Assembly: GCA_965202585.1 (NCBI GenBank)
Contig: OZ241832.1
Coordinates: 26,412,001-26,476,000 of the forward strand
Length of the DNA stretch: 64,000 nucleotides
Reading direction: 5' to 3'
Source: Thalia democratica
Taxonomy: Eukaryota
Part shown: piece by piece, positions 63,101-64,000 of the stretch
How positions within the stretch are numbered: position 1 is the stretch's first letter
How the letters are laid out: each line of letters opens with the position of its first letter
Position numbers and translations under genes: made by a program
Notes under the pieces: model-generated
The model's input: only the letters and a program-made list of their open reading frames with translations
Database searches by the model: none
Told to the model about the DNA's origin: nothing

Positions 63101-63895
63101 AAGTTGATGGAGAAAAATTTGACAACCTTGAAATACTGCCTGAACTATCAGGGTGTAAGTACTTTTGGTCTGTTAATGTCATGTGTGAACTTTACGTGTT
63201 AGCTAAATGCAAAAGAATGAATGAAATAAATCTCCACAAATATTCCAATGAGAAAAATGCTTGGGTTAAAGTGAAAGTTATACGCACCAGCCGTGATGCT
63301 TTCAGTGTTTGTTCTTTTATGAACAAAATTTATATTGTAGGAGGCCACTATAAAAACGAGATAGCCCTCAGAACTTGTCTCGAAATCGACACAACAAGCT
63401 GCAATGAAAAACTTATAAAAAGTATGAAAGATGCAAGAATTTTGGCGGGTTGTGTGACATTTCTAGGCAAAGTGGTTGTTTCAGGCGGTAATGTAGATGT
63501 ATACGACCATTTAAATAACTTAAACACTGTTGAGGCATACTGCAATGTTGAAAACACGTGGTCAGTCATGCCCAAAATGGTGCATGCTAGAAACAACAAC
63601 ATTTTAGTTGCTGTAAAGAAAAAAATTGTTTGTTTTTGGAGGCTGGAGAGATACTTGTGAAATTTTTGATGTTTCTAGTAATAAGTTTACTGTTCTTAAA
63701 AAAACGGAAAAGCTACGCATGGACGAATACAGTGTGAACGACGCTATTTCTGTTGGCGGAAAAGTGTTTGTGTTTTTGAGTTATTCAGCAAAAGTGGCTG
63801 TTTATGACTTGGATCAAAACGTATGGACGGAAGAAGAGTTTGGAGCTACAAAAGATATTGATTGCTACACGTGTGTGAAACTACCAAAGTTTTAA
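60145..63895 (+). CDS. BACK-Kelch protein, copy B (exons 60145-60349 and 62459-63895); intact except one +1 frameshift in an A7 run at 63619-63625
   Basis: ATG at 60145. Phase-1 GT-AG join is in frame with ORF 62497-63660. BACK domain and kelch repeats (VCGG, IVGG, VSGG, VFGG) are present. Removing one A links to ORF 63626-63895. Confidence 0.88.
60783..61340. mobile_element. Non-autonomous DNA element with subterminal TTTGCAC(G) repeats, in the intron of kelch copy B
   Basis: Short inverted ends GTCAAAATTG / CAATTTTGAC. Multiple tttgcacg motifs on the left and cgtgcaa/tgcaaaa motifs on the right, with paired accctcggt motifs centrally. No TSD seen. Confidence 0.55.
61659..61698 (-). ncRNA. 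Minimal type I hammerhead ribozyme motif (inverted partner)
   Basis: Minus strand reads TTTTA CTGATGA A GGAC GGTT GTCC GAAA TTAAT T TGAAA, with a perfect 4-bp stem II. Confidence 0.8.
61774..61813 (+). ncRNA. Minimal type I hammerhead ribozyme motif
   Basis: Stem I TTTCA/TGAAA; core CTGATGA (61779-61785); A(A)GAC-GGTT-GTCC stem II; GAAA (61799-61802); palindromic stem III ATTAAT; AUU triplet. Confidence 0.8.
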
Positions 63896-64000
63896 TTTAA
63901 ACAGCAATCTTATATGTAGTCTATAGCTATGTATGGTGTATATGAAAAAAAATATATTGTTATACGGTTAGATTTAATTAATTAATATTTTATTTGTACC

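Larger units (their letters stand above)
55900..64000 (+). repeat. Segmental duplication, copy B
   Basis: See copy A. Confidence 0.9.

Noticed and set aside
3330-63602. Antisense or overlapping ORFs at 3330, 28585, 40314, 54304, 59973, 60246 and 63348
   Set aside because: Shadows of real coding or pseudogene sequence on the opposite strand.
1-64000. CRISPR array, rRNA, tRNA
   Set aside because: No regularly spaced repeats, cloverleafs or rRNA signatures were seen. The sequence is eukaryotic with spliceosomal introns.

Overview
This is very AT-rich animal genomic DNA with spliced genes. The GPCR and kelch families look tunicate-like, which is an inference. Genes read by hand: (i) an orphan 3' portion of ALG8 (- strand, 3.3-4.1 kb); (ii) a multi-exon class A somatostatin/opioid/galanin-like GPCR (- strand, 8.2-14.4 kb) with a very long ECL2 and NPxxY changed to NPLFH; (iii) a cassette of an RRM-like ORF, a Ulp1/C48 protease ORF and two histone H2B pseudogenes (- strand, 28.3-31.3 kb); (iv) a duplicated ~10 kb unit of BACK-Kelch genes without a recognisable BTB domain (one near-intact, two clear pseudogenes, one faint remnant); (v) a RING-finger gene (~50 kb). 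Mobile DNA includes a decayed LINE RT, a Penelope GIY-YIG fragment, a decayed hAT transposase, several MITEs with clear TIRs/TSDs, and a 949-bp foldback element with a 9-bp TSD. The most striking unexplained structures are two long palindromes (24.5-24.8 kb and 61.6-61.9 kb), each carrying an inverted pair of minimal hammerhead ribozyme motifs from a different family. All homology calls and alignments were made by eye, with no database searches.
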